Part shown: in pieces, positions 22,676 through 36,200 of the stretch | How positions within the stretch are numbered: the first letter of the stretch is position 1 | Layout: every line of letters begins with the position of its first letter | Source: Rhizaria sp. SCN 62-66 | Taxonomy: Eukaryota | DNA length: 46,781 nt | Assembly: GCA_001724265.1 (NCBI GenBank) | Contig: MEDY01000235.1 | Span: forward strand, 1-46,781 | Direction of reading: 5' to 3' | The notes under the pieces: generated by a model | Seen by the model: the letters and a program-made list of their open reading frames with translations, nothing else | What the model was told of the DNA's origin: nothing | The model's database searches: none | Translations under genes and position numbers: made by a program

Positions 22676-25645
22676 ATGAGCGCCGCTTCGCACAATGGCC
22701 ACTTGTCCGCCAAGCAGCTTGCAATTGCCAACTCGAATCTGTTAACGATGATTGCAAACGTGCAGATCTCGTCTGGTACGATTACGCCGATTGATCTTGA
22801 TCCCCGGGTGCGTGACATGGTCCTAGAACTCAGCGTGGCAGACGCGGCTGAGTTGATGCCGCAGCCGTTATCGATGTCTGAGCTTTCTCGTCAGACGCAC
22901 ATCGTGATTGACTCGCAGGCTGTGTCAGACGATGTGCATCTGGGCCGCGCGCTTGCTGTGAAGCTAATCTCAGAGCAGCTACATCGGAAGTACAAGGGCG
23001 AGTACACAGCCATCGTCTTCGGCTCGACGGCCTGGGGCATCGACAACAACGGCTCCGATGTCGACGTGTCGATCGTGCGCACACAGGGCTTAGGGCCATT
23101 GGCGTATCCAGAGGCCAAGAAGGTCATCGGTAATTTTTGCCGCTCGATCAAAGACCGCCGGATTTTTGTCGAGAATGTGCTCACGCACACGCGCGTGCCT
23201 GTGTCGACGATGTACTACTACCACGGCGACACGCGCGTGCAGCTGCAGGTAAGCTCCAGCGAGGACCAAGTCAACGTCAAGACGCAGCTTATTCTGCGTC
23301 TCATGCGCGAGTACCCCTTCGCGGCCCCGCTCTTCAAGGCCATCAAGGTGTGGGCCAAGGCGCGCTCTCTCATCAACGCCCGCGAGCACTTGCTCAACTC
23401 ATTCTCACTCTTCCTGCTCGTGATTCAGTACCTCCAGCTGCGCGTCAAGAGCCCGCTCGGTATCGTTCAACCCGCTCCCTTTGCATACGCGCGCAAACAC
23501 AGCAGCGCCGGCAGCGCGCTCTCCGACGAGGAGGAGTTCGAGCTCGTCGACCTTGCGAGTCCCGCGTCGGACGAGGCCGCGGCCGCCGCCGTGGCCAAGC
23601 TGCCGCAGTACATCTTCAGCTCCGAGGCCGCAGCCGGCGCGATGCAGCGCTTCGTGAGCGGCTCGCCCGCTGTGTGCCGCGCCGTCAAGGCCGCGGTCAA
23701 GCTCGTCAGGAGCGGCCGCTCGCTTGCTGCTGCCGCGCAGGTCGCCGCGGGCAGCGACGCCCACGGCGACGCCCACGGCGACGCCGTCGTCGACGACGTC
23801 GAGGACGGGAACGAGGACGCGTACGAAGACGACGAGGACGATGATGAGGTCGCGGCTGAGCCCGAGACCGCGGACGCCGGCGACGTTGAGGACGAGGCAG
23901 AGGAAGAGGCCACCCCTGTGGACCCGGAAGACGAGGCCAAGGGTGCGATCCGCGGCGCCGCGCGTTTTACCGACGACGCCGATGTTGCTGTTGTAGCTAA
24001 GAACACGACCAACAACAAACACACCGCTGCGGAGCTGGACGCGACGTCATCGCTGCTTTCGGATGCAGCGGCATCGCTTCTCGCCGCGGAGGGTCTGCGT
24101 CCTGTGCAAAGCAGACGCGGTGGCAGCTCCATGGCGCAAACAGTGTGCGAGCACCTCGAGCGCCACCGCGTCTTCTTCGGCCCCGTCATCGGCGGCGCGC
24201 GCGCCATCGTTTCACACTCGAACGGGCACTTGTTTGACGCGCAGCCGGTCAGGCACAAGCTCGACGCCTTCAACGCTCCGCACCGCGCACCCGAGTCGGC
24301 CGCGGTCGCGCGCGCCACAGCAAACGACAGCTCTGCGACGGAGCAGCTCAGCAACCAAGAGGATGACGATAGCCTGGGCGCCCTGCTCAAGGGCTTCTTC
24401 GCGTTTTACGCGACCGCCTTTGACCCTGCTGTGCACGCCGTCTCGGTGCGCCAGGGCCACCTCGTCTGGCGCCAGCCGCTGCTCGACAACGCACACGGCT
24501 ACGCGCAGGTCCGCGTTCCTGTGCCCGATCACGGCGCCGTCGTTGAGACGATACCCTGCCGTTTCAAGGGCGTCGACTGTCGCCGCGCGGAGCTGCTCAT
24601 CGAGGACCCCCTTTGCGCGACGGATAACAGCGCGCGCTCGCTTCACGCGCACCGCTGCGCAGCCATCTGGACCGAGCTGCGGCGTGCGCACGCGCTGCTG
24701 TCGGGCTCCGGCGCCAGCTACGAGACAGTCGTCTGCGAGCCACTTAGCGAGTCGCTCACGCGGCTGGTTCAGGTTGTGCGGAGGTCTGCGGGCGCGGATC
24801 AAGCCGCACAGCATGGCGGCAGCAAGCTTGAGCATCATGGCCACTAGGATCCAGAGGACGGCGCTCCGCCTGGAGGAGCGTCGTTGCCGAACGACCAACG
24901 ACAGCTGGTGGGCTTTTTCCGGCATGCGCATGCGCTTGTAACTGCCCAGGTGAAGCTGCAGCGCGATGTCACCGTGCCCGACACGCACCAGGACCTGGTG
25001 AAGTTGCGCACAGACGAAGCATCGCGCAAGCGGGAAAAGCGCGAACAACGTGAACTTCTCAAACAACAGCGGCAGCAAAAGAAGCAGCTTGAGCAAGAGC
25101 ACCTCAATCAGCAGCGCTTGCAACAGCAGATTGAGCAAGGGGATCTTCGTCAACAGCAAGACACCGATCACCAACTCCAATTGCAGAGTCAGCAGCTGCT
25201 TCAGGTGCAGCAACGACAAAGGCAACACCAGCAACAGCATCAAGAACGTAATCAGCCGAAACAGCAACAGCAGCAACAACCCAAGCAGCAGCAACCGAAG
25301 AAGCAGCAGCCGAACCAACAGCAGCGAAACCAGCAGCAACAACAACCGAAGCAGCCGCCGCAGCAACAGCAGCAGCAGCAACAAGAGCAGCATAAAAGTC
25401 AACCAAAGAAGCAGCAACACCAGCCGCACCAGCAGCATTTGCCGAAGAAACAACAGCAACAACATCAGCAGCAGCAACAGCAGCAACATCAACATCAACA
25501 GCAGCAACATCAGACACATGCTCGGGAGCAGCCACAGCCGAAGCCGCAGAAGCCTCCACGCCGCGTGATCGAGACTAAAGCCGTGAGCCGTGAGCTCATG
25601 CAGCAGAAGGCTAGTGCGCAAGAGCAGCATTATTTGGATCTATAA
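22676..25645 (+). CDS. Non-canonical poly(A)/poly(U) polymerase family paralog 2 with poly-Q tail; in-frame TAG at 24845-24847; ~989 aa
   Basis: Same motifs as paralog 1. Track ORFs 22676-24847 and 24884-25645 share a frame and are separated only by TAG. The downstream part (QLVGFFRH...QRDVTVPDTHQDLVKLR) aligns with uninterrupted paralog 1 sequence (QLSGFLRH...QREVKVPVTHRDLVALR). Ends at TAA. Confidence 0.82.
25040..25560 (+). repeat. CAG/CAA-rich poly-glutamine coding tract
   Basis: Dense CAG/CAA codons encoding the Q-rich tail of paralog 2. Confidence 0.85.
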
Positions 25646-26388
25646 TGCGCAAGGCGCACTGGATTTGATCATTGAACGACAGGGCCGCAAGTGCCGGTGT
25701 TAGTAGGCGAAATCTGAATGGTTTTTGGTTTATTTTTATTGGGTATAATTTGCGAACATCATGAAGCGTAACTACTTTTTATTCTCCGTAAAACGCAGGA
25801 TGAGTCCAAACAAATGTATGACCCGCGTGTGTACAAACCACGCGTTACTCTGGTAAATCCAGATAACCAAATATGTCAATCCAAGTTCAAAGTCTTGGAA
25901 AGTACAAACTTAATTTTTATTTGCCTTCAATACAGTCTTCGATGTACAGCATAATTGAGCATATTTCTTGGTCTAATGGCATATTTATTTCATATACTCC
26001 CTGATACTCTGATTCTACTTCGAACCTCCCCATATTGGAAAGTACGTACAAACTTAACGTGAAGAGCAAGTCGTAGAGTAGTGTAAATACACGTAACATA
26101 AAGAATGTCAGTTAGTCCATGCGTTGTCCTCTGCCACTCCATTCATTCAAATTCGAATGTTCACTACAATCCTCCTAGTCGTCATAAAAAAAATGCGCGA
26201 TCTTAACTATTCATCATAATCAATCCGTAAACACGTTCATCACATATAATCAACGTCAGGGTTACGCGCAAATTGTTAGCAATATCACATTGTAGTTGCG
26301 CCTACGTCGTCATCACCATAGTCACCTGCCCCGTCCCCCCCTGCCGGGGTTCTCAAAATATCACCAAGAGAGGTATGGGGCGACACTA

Positions 26389-26669
26389 GTGCGCAACATG
26401 GTCTTGGAACTCAGCGTGGCAGACGCGGCTCAGCGGACGCCGCAGCCGTTGTCGCTGTCCGAACGTTCTCGTCAAGCGCAAGCTCGAATCGATTCCCACG
26501 CTGTGTCGGATGACGTGCGCACGGGACGCGCGCTTGCCGTGGAGCTTATCTCACGTCATCTAAACCATAAATCAAAGGCGAGTACTCTACCATCGTCTTC
26601 GGATCAACGGCTTGGGGCATCGACAACAACAGCTCTGACATTAATGTGTCAATTGTGCTCACCAAATGA
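26389..26669 (+). pseudogene. Truncated, frameshifted third copy of the nucleotidyltransferase gene
   Basis: VRNMVLELSVADAA...GRALAVELIS closely matches paralog 2. There is a 1-nt deletion near 26572, then GEYSTIVFGSTAWGIDNNSSDINVSIV (DVD changed to DIN), then TGA and AT-rich DNA. Confidence 0.85.
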
Positions 26670-27204
26670 TCAGGACCGTATAAGTACACTCTCTTCTGCT
26701 TCAACCTCCGTAATGTGAAAAGTAAAGCAAGAAATAGGAAATTTACGCTCCAGTTCTAAGTTCTCGTGAGCAAGTACAAACACTCGAACAATGATAAGTT
26801 GACAGAAACACAACGAGACAACACGTAAAGACATAAAAGACCTCATAGCAGTTCGTAACCGCAGTATCAGAGTGTCTTACACTCCTCGTTGGCGAAAAAA
26901 TAATAAAGAAGCTCACATCGCTTAGGTTGTCTTCATCTGTAAGTGTGACTAACATAAACATAAGATTTTCTGTGTGGTGCATTGAATCACCTCGCATTTT
27001 TACATCATCAACGTACTGACTTCAACTCATCAAATGTACGTTAAACACGAAATTGTAAGATAACTCAGTTGCGACCATCACAAGTACTATCAAACAAAAC
27101 AAAATAAGACACGGAGAAAAATAACAAAATGATTGAAACAATGTAGCGAAGAGAAGTAAGCAAGTAACTTCGTCAAATAAAATAGACACACACATGCAAA
27201 GCTC

Positions 27205-30200
27205 TTAATACAACTTCATCTCATGTGGGTTAAACGCAAGATCGACATCAATGCCTTGCCTGCGCTGCACGCCGCTGTACCGCGCGCACCACGGGCAGCA
27301 CGGCAGCTCGGCCACCTCCTTCGTGAAACGCTCCGGCTCCGTCACGGCCATGGCGATAACGGCGTCGACAGTGGTTTTCTTGGCCTCGGCCAAACGTACC
27401 ACGCGCTCCTCCTCGGCGGCCTGCGCACGCTCGACGCGGGCCACGTACAGCGCGTCCGCGCGCGCAAGAGCGACACGACCAACATGCGTAGACTGCAGCA
27501 GCGCCTCGACGCCGTGATGCTCATGCGTCGCGAACAGGCCGGCCAGTCCCAGCTCGCGCGCGGACTGCAGCGCGGCGGCGTCGACCGCGGCGTCGTCCTC
27601 GTCGTACCAGTCGTCGCCGCTGTCGTTCTCGCTGTCGCTGCCGCTGCTCGAGCTGCCCGGATCGCCATCGCCGTCGTTGTCTTCCGTGCCGCTCGCCACC
27701 GCAGACGCCACCGCGAACGGGGACGCCAACGCAGCAGCGGATGCCGACGCAGACGCAAAGGCAGACGCAGCGCCAGAGCCGGCGTCGCCGGACGTCTTCC
27801 CGCCTGAGGTACCATCGGCACTTACGGCAGCGTGGTCGCTGTGATCCTCGGCGTCCTCGTCGTCGCCCTCTGGGATCGCGTGCGCGACGGCGTTGCTGCC
27901 GCCCGCGGTGCGGTATACGCTCTGCTTGCGCGCCAGCGCCAGCGGGCCCGCGCCTGCGCCTGCGCCGGCCTCGCCCGCGGCGGTCGCGGGGGACGCGGCG
28001 GCGACGCCGGAGAGGTCGACGTGCGGGAGGTCCGAGTGCTCCGCGTGCAGCGGCAGCAGCCCGCGCACGACCATGGAGCGCACGTTACTCTGGTGCACCC
28101 CCGCGACCTCGGCGGCGTCCACGCGGCGGCGCGGCGACAGCGGCGAGAGCGGTGAGAGCACGCCTTCCGCGCCACCAGCGCCGATGCCCGCGTTCACGCT
28201 CAGCGCCAGGCCCAGCGGCGGCGCGCCGCTCGCACTGAGAGTGGCGTTCGCGCCGGGCGTGCCGCTGGACGCGGCGAAAAACGCGCTGCGGCCGGCGCCT
28301 GCAGCGGCGCCGGGGACGGCAGAGTCCGCGCCCGTCGCACGCGGCGGCAGCAGCGAGACGGAGGAGAGCGTGAGCGCGCGATGGAAAGATGGCGCGGACG
28401 CAGACGGCACAAGACCGCTGCCGCCACCAGACACACGCAGGCCCTTGGCCGTGGCAGTGGAGCCTGTCGCCGCATCAACGCCGTCGCCGAGTGTCACAGC
28501 TGCGGTGGCAGCGGCATCGCCGTAGGTTTCGGCGTCAGCATCAGCGTCTGCGATCAGGTCGCCGTCACCGTGCCCACCGGCCGTGAAGGGCGCAATGCTG
28601 ATCGTGTTGTGGCGCTGCATCAGGTCCCTGACCGCGCCGCGGTCGCGGCTGCGCAGACGCGACTTGCGCGACGAGCCGTGCTGCTCCTGGCGGCGCTTTT
28701 GGTGCATCGCGGAGAACTCGGCCATGTGCAGGTCGACGACGCGGCCGAGGTCCTTAAGCTCGTTCGCCAAGTCGTCAAGCATGTTGCTCTTGCCGGTCAC
28801 GCCCGCGGGCACGCCGCCCGCCTCCGCGGGTGAGGCTCCCGTTGCGGCCACACAGGCAGGATCGGTAGACGGCAGTGCGGGCGTAGCGTCAGGGGGAGAG
28901 CCGGGCGAGGTCGCGGGCGCTGGTGAGGCCGCGCCTGCAGAACTCGCGGCGATGGTGCCAGCGGGCGCGACGGGCACAGCGGTGACCGCCGCCGTAGCGG
29001 GTGCGTAGCCGAGGCGTGCGGCGGCGTTGTCAAGGCGCGCGATGGCGTCCGCAGTGGAAACAAAGCCGCCGCGCTCGTCGTCGCCGGAGTAGAGCGCGGC
29101 CGCCAGCAGCGCACGCTTGTGCTGCGCCTTGCGGGTACGTTCCTTGTGCAGCAGCGTGAGCACAAAGACAGTGTACGCGATAAGAATCACGACGATTACC
29201 CCAAAGCCGGTAAAGAACATCGCATTCCACTGGTTGATCTCGGCGTACGAGTCGTCCGTGCCCTCTTGATGCGCGCCCTGGTTAGCGAACGCAAGCACCG
29301 TCAGCGCGGACCAGGAGCCGAGCGTAAAGGTGATGATCTTGACCGCGTCCACGACGGGCTCCGAAGACGGCATGAATTCCTGCGACACAGTCTGTGAGCG
29401 CTGCGGCGAGAGCAGCGCCTGGTGCGGCGCGCTCGAGTGCGCGGGCACCGACGGCGGCACCGACAGGTTGAGGTTCAGCGCGGAGCCCGCGGAAGGGTAG
29501 TACATCAGGCCCCCGCCCGCGACGGCCGGTGACGACGGGGCCGCGGGCGTCGGCGGCGCGGGCAGCGGGCCCGTGCACGGCGACAGACGCCCGCCTGTCC
29601 CGCTGCCGGCAGTGGCGGTGGGAGCAAAAGCGTTCGCGGTCGTAGTGGCGCCAGCGGGCGTGCGGGCGGGCGCGCGCGGCGGCAGGCCCTGTCCGCGCGC
29701 GCTAAGCGGCAGCGCGGCGTCGGGGCCGGCGTGCACGGCGGAGCCCGGGGCCGGGATGGGCTTGGGGCTGGCGAGGCTGATCGAGGTCGCGCCCGTCGAC
29801 GGCGAGAGGGGGAAGTACGGCCGCTGCGCGCTGCCGGGCGTGCGCGCCGTCGCAGTCGCGGAAACGTTCGGAGCGGGAGCGCGCGGCAGGGGCGCCATCT
29901 CGACATCACCGGCGCGCTTGGCCGGGCCGCGGCGCTGCGTCTGCTGCGGCTGCATCTGCTGCTGCTGTTGCTGCTGCTGGAGCTGCGCGTACGTGAGGAT
30001 CGCCGGCCGCTGCTGCTGCTGCGACGGCGCAGAACGGCGGCGGCCCGGGCCGGAGACAGCGGTCGATGAACCGGGCCCACCGGGCGCGACGAAGTTCGCG
30101 TCCGACTGCGCAGCGCCGTCGTGTTTGCGGCGCGTGAGCAGACGCGGCGAGAGCACCCAGACGAGCGTGAGAATGCACAGCGCGAGCGAGAAAACGAGGA

Positions 30201-33200
30201 TCCACGCCGCGCCGCCGTGCGCGTTGCCGCGGAGCAGCGCGACGTAGCCCGCGACGCAAAGCCCGCGCACTGCCGAGACCATCATGGCGTACTTGTGGTG
30301 CGTCGTCAGGCCGCTGATCTGCGGAGCGTTGAGGTGCCACAGCCGCCGCGAGGTCTCCACCCACAGCGAGAAGGCCGCCTCGGACGACAGCGGCGCCGCC
30401 GCGGCGGAGACCAGCTTGCCACCCGCCGCGCTGACCGCGCGGCCGTTGCTGCTGAGGGCGGCGTCCGGGGAGCTGGCGCCATCGGAGAGTGAATCGCCCG
30501 TAAGCGCCTGGAGGTAGGACCGCAGCAGGGCCTTGCGGCGCGCGATCTGGACTTCGATGCGTAGCAGTGCGCCGGCGAGCGCAATGTTGGGGTGCAGCAG
30601 CGTGGTGATGATGAGGAAGTACACAGCCGAGGCAAGCATGACAACCGAGAGCGCGCGGTATGCCTCGCTGCCCGCAGGCCAGCATACTGCCGAGAACTGC
30701 ACGTTGGCGCCGAGCCAGGTGCACGAGATGGGATGCAGCAGGTGCCAGAGCACGAGCATGGGCAGCGTGTCGCAGATAAAGCCAGCGACGCGGCGAACCA
30801 AGGGCGAGACGATGTCGACGCGCAGGTGGCCGTGGCCGAAGAGCAGCGAGCCCGTGAGCGACATGAACAGGTACTGCTGCGCCAGGATAGGCCGCTGGCG
30901 CCGGTGCCGCAGCACCAGCCACGCGCGCACATCGAGCAGCAGCTGCAGCGCCAGCGTAGCAAGGAGCAGTGCGACGAGCCCGAGCGAAACCCAAGCCATG
31001 ACAGGCGCGTTGGTCAGCGAGTCGACGTTGCCGACCGCGTCGCGCGTGACGCCGTAGCTGTCACCGTCGGGCGCGTACGTCAGGAACACGGCGTTGTGCA
31101 GCGCGCGCGCCCACGTGGGCGGCAGCGAGCCGCGCAACGTGCCGTGCGTGCGGTTCGAGTCATCTGAGTAGAACGAGAAGGTCGCCGTGGCCCACAGCAG
31201 CAGCTCGTAGCATAGGCAGAGCACGACCCACGCGCCGGGCCCCGTGGCGGACCCGGGCCACGCGGAGCAGCGCGAGGGCCGCACGAGGTTGCCGTGCTCA
31301 TCCACATCGCGCACGTCCTGTTTCTCGGGGATCTCAAGCCCCTGAGCCGCGGCCTCGAACCGCGCGTCTGCGACCCGCAGCTGCCGCGTCGAGTAGCAGC
31401 ATCGCCAGCCCCATCGCCACGCCGTGGCAGCAAATAGCGCCTCGTCGCGGCCCTCTCCGCCGCCGCCCGCGGCGCCGGGGTGCGCGGAGGCCGAGGAGCC
31501 CGGCAGCGCAAGCGGCACGCCCGCGGCGCGCGCGGCAGCCGCCAGTGTGTCGACGTCCTTGCCCGTCCCGACCACGCCCAGCGGCAGCATCGGCAGCGCT
31601 GAGTACGAGGTTTCGCGGCCCGCGCCGGGCACCGCGCTCACCGCGCCCGCGCCCACGGCCACGGCCACGGGGCCCGCGCCCGCGGAGCCGGCGCCCCGCG
31701 AGGAGCCCGCGGCCACGGCGGCCGCGGCCGCGGCGGCGATAGGGTCCGTGTAGACGCTCTGCGGGGCCGCGCTCGCAATGGCGGCGGCGGCAGCAGCCGA
31801 GTTGGCCGCGTTGGCGTCTGCCGCGCTCGTGCTAGCCGCGTGTTGATGATGGTGGCCGAGGTAGGGCGGTGTGGGCTGCCGCGACGCTGCACCCGAGTTA
31901 GAGCCCGCGCCGACCCCAGCCGCGGCGGAGCCAGCGGCGCTGCCGGCGCTGGCCGAGCTGCCGTAGCTGCGCCGCTTGGGGCCGAGCCCGCCAGCGCCAG
32001 CACCGGAGCCACCAGGGCCGTTCACAGCGCCGCCAGCGACGGAGACGGCGTCGGCCGAGATCGCATTGGCCGCAGCGCTGTTGCCGGCGCCGGGGACCGC
32101 CGCGGCAAACGCAAGGTTCTCGACGGCAATGTCGTATGTCGTCGCGCGGTACGACTGGCCGTAGGTCGGGATGGCGAAGTCAAGCCGCCCCTGCACACCT
32201 GGCCCTGCGCCGATGCCGCCGCCGCCGCCGTGGGGCGCTGTGGAGTAAGACAGCGAGCGCGACTGCGGGATCGGGCCCGCGCCGGCGCCGGGCGCGTGCG
32301 CAGGCGCCGGCGCCGCGAGGAACGACGACTGCGGCGCACTGGCGCCGGCGCCGGCGCCCGTCGCGGCGGCGAAGGCACTCGCAGTGCCGGTGCCCGCAGG
32401 GTAGGGCAGCGCGAAGTGCTGCTGGCGCAGATGCGCGACGCCGTCACCGGAAAAGCCCAGCGCGGCCGACGCCGCCGCGGCCTCGATGTCTGCGCGCGAC
32501 CGCAGGCCCACCGCGCCCCCTCCGGCAGTAGCGCCCGCAACGGGGTTGTAGCTGGCGTTCGGGCCTAGCTGGTCGGCGAGCTTGACGCGCGCGGCGGCCG
32601 GGAGCGCAGCCGCAGAGCCGCCGGTGACGAGCGCGTCCGTATACGACGGTTGCCTGCCGCCGTTGGCTCCCGTCGCAGCGCCCGCCATGGAGGAGGCCGA
32701 GACCGCGGGGCTGTTGGCCGCGCTGGCCGAGGCGGCGGCGGGCGGCACAAGAGCGAAAGCCGCCATGAGCGACAGCTGCGGCTGCTGCGGCAGCAGCGCG
32801 CCGTGCCGCGGCGACTCGTCGTGCACCGCGCCACCGCCGGCTCCGCGCGAGAGCGCGGCCGCGGCCGCGGCGGCGGCGGCGGAGCCCGGCGGGAGGCTGG
32901 AGCTGGAGCCGGCGCGCGTGCCCGGCGCGGTGCCGCCGTTGCGCGCGGCCTTGGCGGCGAGCACCGCAGCCGCGTACGCCTCCTGCTCCTCCAGCGCCAG
33001 CGTGCGGTTCAGCCCCGCGCGCGGCGCCGCGGGCCCGCGCAAGCGCGAGCCGGACACGAGTGAGCCGCCGCCCGAGAGGCCCACGCCGCTGAGGGCCGGG
33101 GACAGCGCCGCCCTGCCGGGGCCCGCGACGCCGCCCACGGCGCTGCTGTTGCTGCCGCCGGCGCCGGTCGTCGCGGGCGCGATTGTGATGGTCAGCGCGC

Positions 33201-36200
33201 CCACGCCCGGGCCCGCGCCCGTCGCGCCGCCAGAGCCCGCGCCGGCCGTAAGCGCGTCGCCGGTGCCGCTAGCAGCGCCGGAAACGGTGCTGATGGCGCC
33301 GGCGTTGCGGCGCTGGCGGCGGAGCGCGGCGGGCCCGTGCTTACGCGTGTAGCGCATGGCGGTGATGCAGGCGGCGGCCATGACGAGCGCGATAACGACA
33401 ACGTAGACGCCGATGGACGTCTGCGCGCGGACCCAGGACACGGCGGTTGGGTCGTGCAGGATCCCGTAGACGGCCGCAATGGGGTAGCCCACGAGCACGA
33501 GCACGGCCGGGACGGCGCAGACGAGCAGGTGTGCGATGTTGACGCGGTGCTTGGGCGCGCGCACGGGCTGCAGCATGCCGCGCACGACCTCCTGAATGCG
33601 GATCGCATAGTGCGTCTCGGGGATGAAGAAGCGCATGGCGTAGGCGGGCAACAGCACGAGCACGAGCAGCAGCATCACCAGCGGCACCAGCACCACGCTC
33701 GACAGCGCGAACAACACGTCGTCCTGCGTCTCCAGCGACACGCAGCCACAGATGTCGCCGCGCGGACCGCGCCGGCTCGCGCTGCCCTTGCGCCCCGCCC
33801 CGGTCACGCCGTGCTTGCCTACGGTGTGGCTGTGGCTAGCCCGATGCCGCCCGTGGCCCGCGCCCACGCCGGCGCTGTGGTCGAGGCCGTCGTGCCGCGA
33901 GTGGCGCTCTCTCGCTCCAGCGCCACCGTCCGCGGAATCGGCGCCAGTGCCAGCGCCAGAGCTGGGGAACGCAGCAGCGCCCGCAGCGGGTCTGTTGCTG
34001 GCGTGACCCGCGCTCGCCTCCTCATCGTCGTCGTCGTCGTTGTTGTTGGCGGTCTGCTGTCGCAGCAGCCGCGCGCGGCCGCCAAACCCGATCACGGAGG
34101 CCACGTTGATCGATGCCGCGCGCTCGCGGGCCGCTGCGGCCGCCACGGAGGGTTTGTGCTGCAGCGCGGGCGCGGCGGCCGCGTCGGGCTGCGTGGTGTT
34201 GCCGGCTGCGTCCTTGCCCGCGAAGCCGGCGCCGGAGCCCGCGCGCGCGCTGCGGGTGGAGCCGGGCGTTCGCGGAGTGGCCGGGGGGGCCGCGCTGGGG
34301 CTGCGCGGGGCAGAGTCGCCCGCGGAGGAGGCCGAGCCCACGCGCACAGACAGCGCCGCCGCACCGGCTCCGGCATCACGCATGCCAGCGGCACCGCCAA
34401 CGGCGGCAGCTGAGGCAGTGCCGGGCGCGGTGTCGAGCGCGATCGCGCCGTCGCCGTTGATGGCAAGGTCCTCGATGTTGCTGGGGCTGTTAAGCGCGTT
34501 GAGGTTGCTGTTGCTCGTGTCGTGGTCGAGGCCGCCGCCGCCGAGGTCCAGGTCATTGACGGCCTGCACCGAGTCCACGTGTGCCAGGTTGTGCGCGAAG
34601 TCGATCGCGTCCAGGAACGACTGTGCGCGCCGCGGAATGCGCCCCGCGCGCGCCGCGCCGTGAGCCTCGTCGTCGCCCTCGTCGCCGTCACCGTGGCCGT
34701 GGCAGTCGGGGTCGTCGCCAGCAGCAGAAATCTTGGCAGAGACTGCGCCAGTCACCACGTCAGAGGCTCCGTGGCTGTCCTTGCGGTGCAGGCTTCTCCC
34801 CTTACCGCTGCTGCTGCCTTTGCCCTTGTCTTTACCAGCGCCGTCGCCGTCGCTCTCGGTGTCGCTGTCAATGTCGTGCGAGCGGCCCTCGGCGCCGTCC
34901 GCCGTGGCGTCGACGTTGCTGCTGATGCGCGCGGCTGCGGCGGCCTCGTACAGCTTCATGCGCGGAGGCAGCGCCGAGTCCGCGCTGGCGCTCACGCTCG
35001 CGGACGCCGTCGCAGCGTGGCCGTGAGCGACGTGGCCTTGGCCGTGGTGGGGCGACAAAGTCACCTACGGCGGCACTGCGGGCCCGTGCACGCGACCGCC
35101 GACACCGGCGCCGGCACCGCGAGTCCCATGTGTCCCATGCGTGCCGTGCGCGCCCCTGTGGCCGTGCGAGTCTGCGACGCTGCTGCCCGAGCTGTCGCGC
35201 AGCAGGTTAGCGACTTCGAAAGCCAGCGCGTCGGCCTCGACGCCGTCCTGCAGCTCCACGTGCCCGTGCGCCACACGCAACCCGCGCGCGCCATGCGCGC
35301 CGTGGTGCCCGTGGTGGCCGTGGGCTGCGGCGGGAATGGCCGCACTGCTGGTGCCGCTGTTGCGCCGGATGAGCGCCGCGGGCCCCATCAGCGGGCTCTG
35401 GCCGTGGCCGTGGGCGGCGGGGGAGGCGGCGAGCGCGGCCGAGTGCGCAGCAACAGAGCTGCCGCCCACCGCGAAGGCGTTGTTGCCCGCGGCGGCGGCG
35501 GCGGATGAGGTCGAGGAGGAGACCGTTGCGGAGCTGGAGTTGCTGACGTCATCGCTGTCGGCGATGGGCGACGGCGAGGGGCCCAGCCCACCCGCAACGG
35601 GGCTGCCGCTGCCGCTCACGCTCACGCCCCCGCCCGCAACGCCGGCGACGCCCGACGCGGCCGGGGACACGTTGCCTATGTTATTGCCGTTGCCGTTGCC
35701 GTTGATGTCATCGTCGCTGAGCGCTGCGGCGTCGTCGTCCTCGTCGTCGTCGGTGTAGCCGTGGGGCGCCATGGAGCGCGGCGCGGGCAGCCCGGGCGTA
35801 ATGCCGATGGCGGCGGTCAGCGGCACGCGCGCCAGGTAGTGGCACAAGTGCGGCACGTGCCGGCCCGTGAGCGCCGACACCTCGAAGTACGGCAAGTCGA
35901 ACGAGCGCGCGAACTGGACGGCCTCAGCGACCGAGACAATGCGCGCGGCCTGGGGCACGTCCGTCTTGGTGGCGACGAGCGTGATGGGCGTGGGCGCAAA
36001 GACGGGGTGGCCGCGGATCGAGCTCACCAGCGCGTCGGCGGCCGCGAAGGACTTTCGCGACGTCACATCGAACACGACGACGACGCCGGCCGCGGCGTGC
36101 ATCCAGGTCGCGCGCAGGCCCAGCGCGTCAGTAGCGCCAGAACAGTCCCAGAGCGAGAGCTTGACGACGAAGCCGTCGATCATGGCCTGCCAGGACCCGA

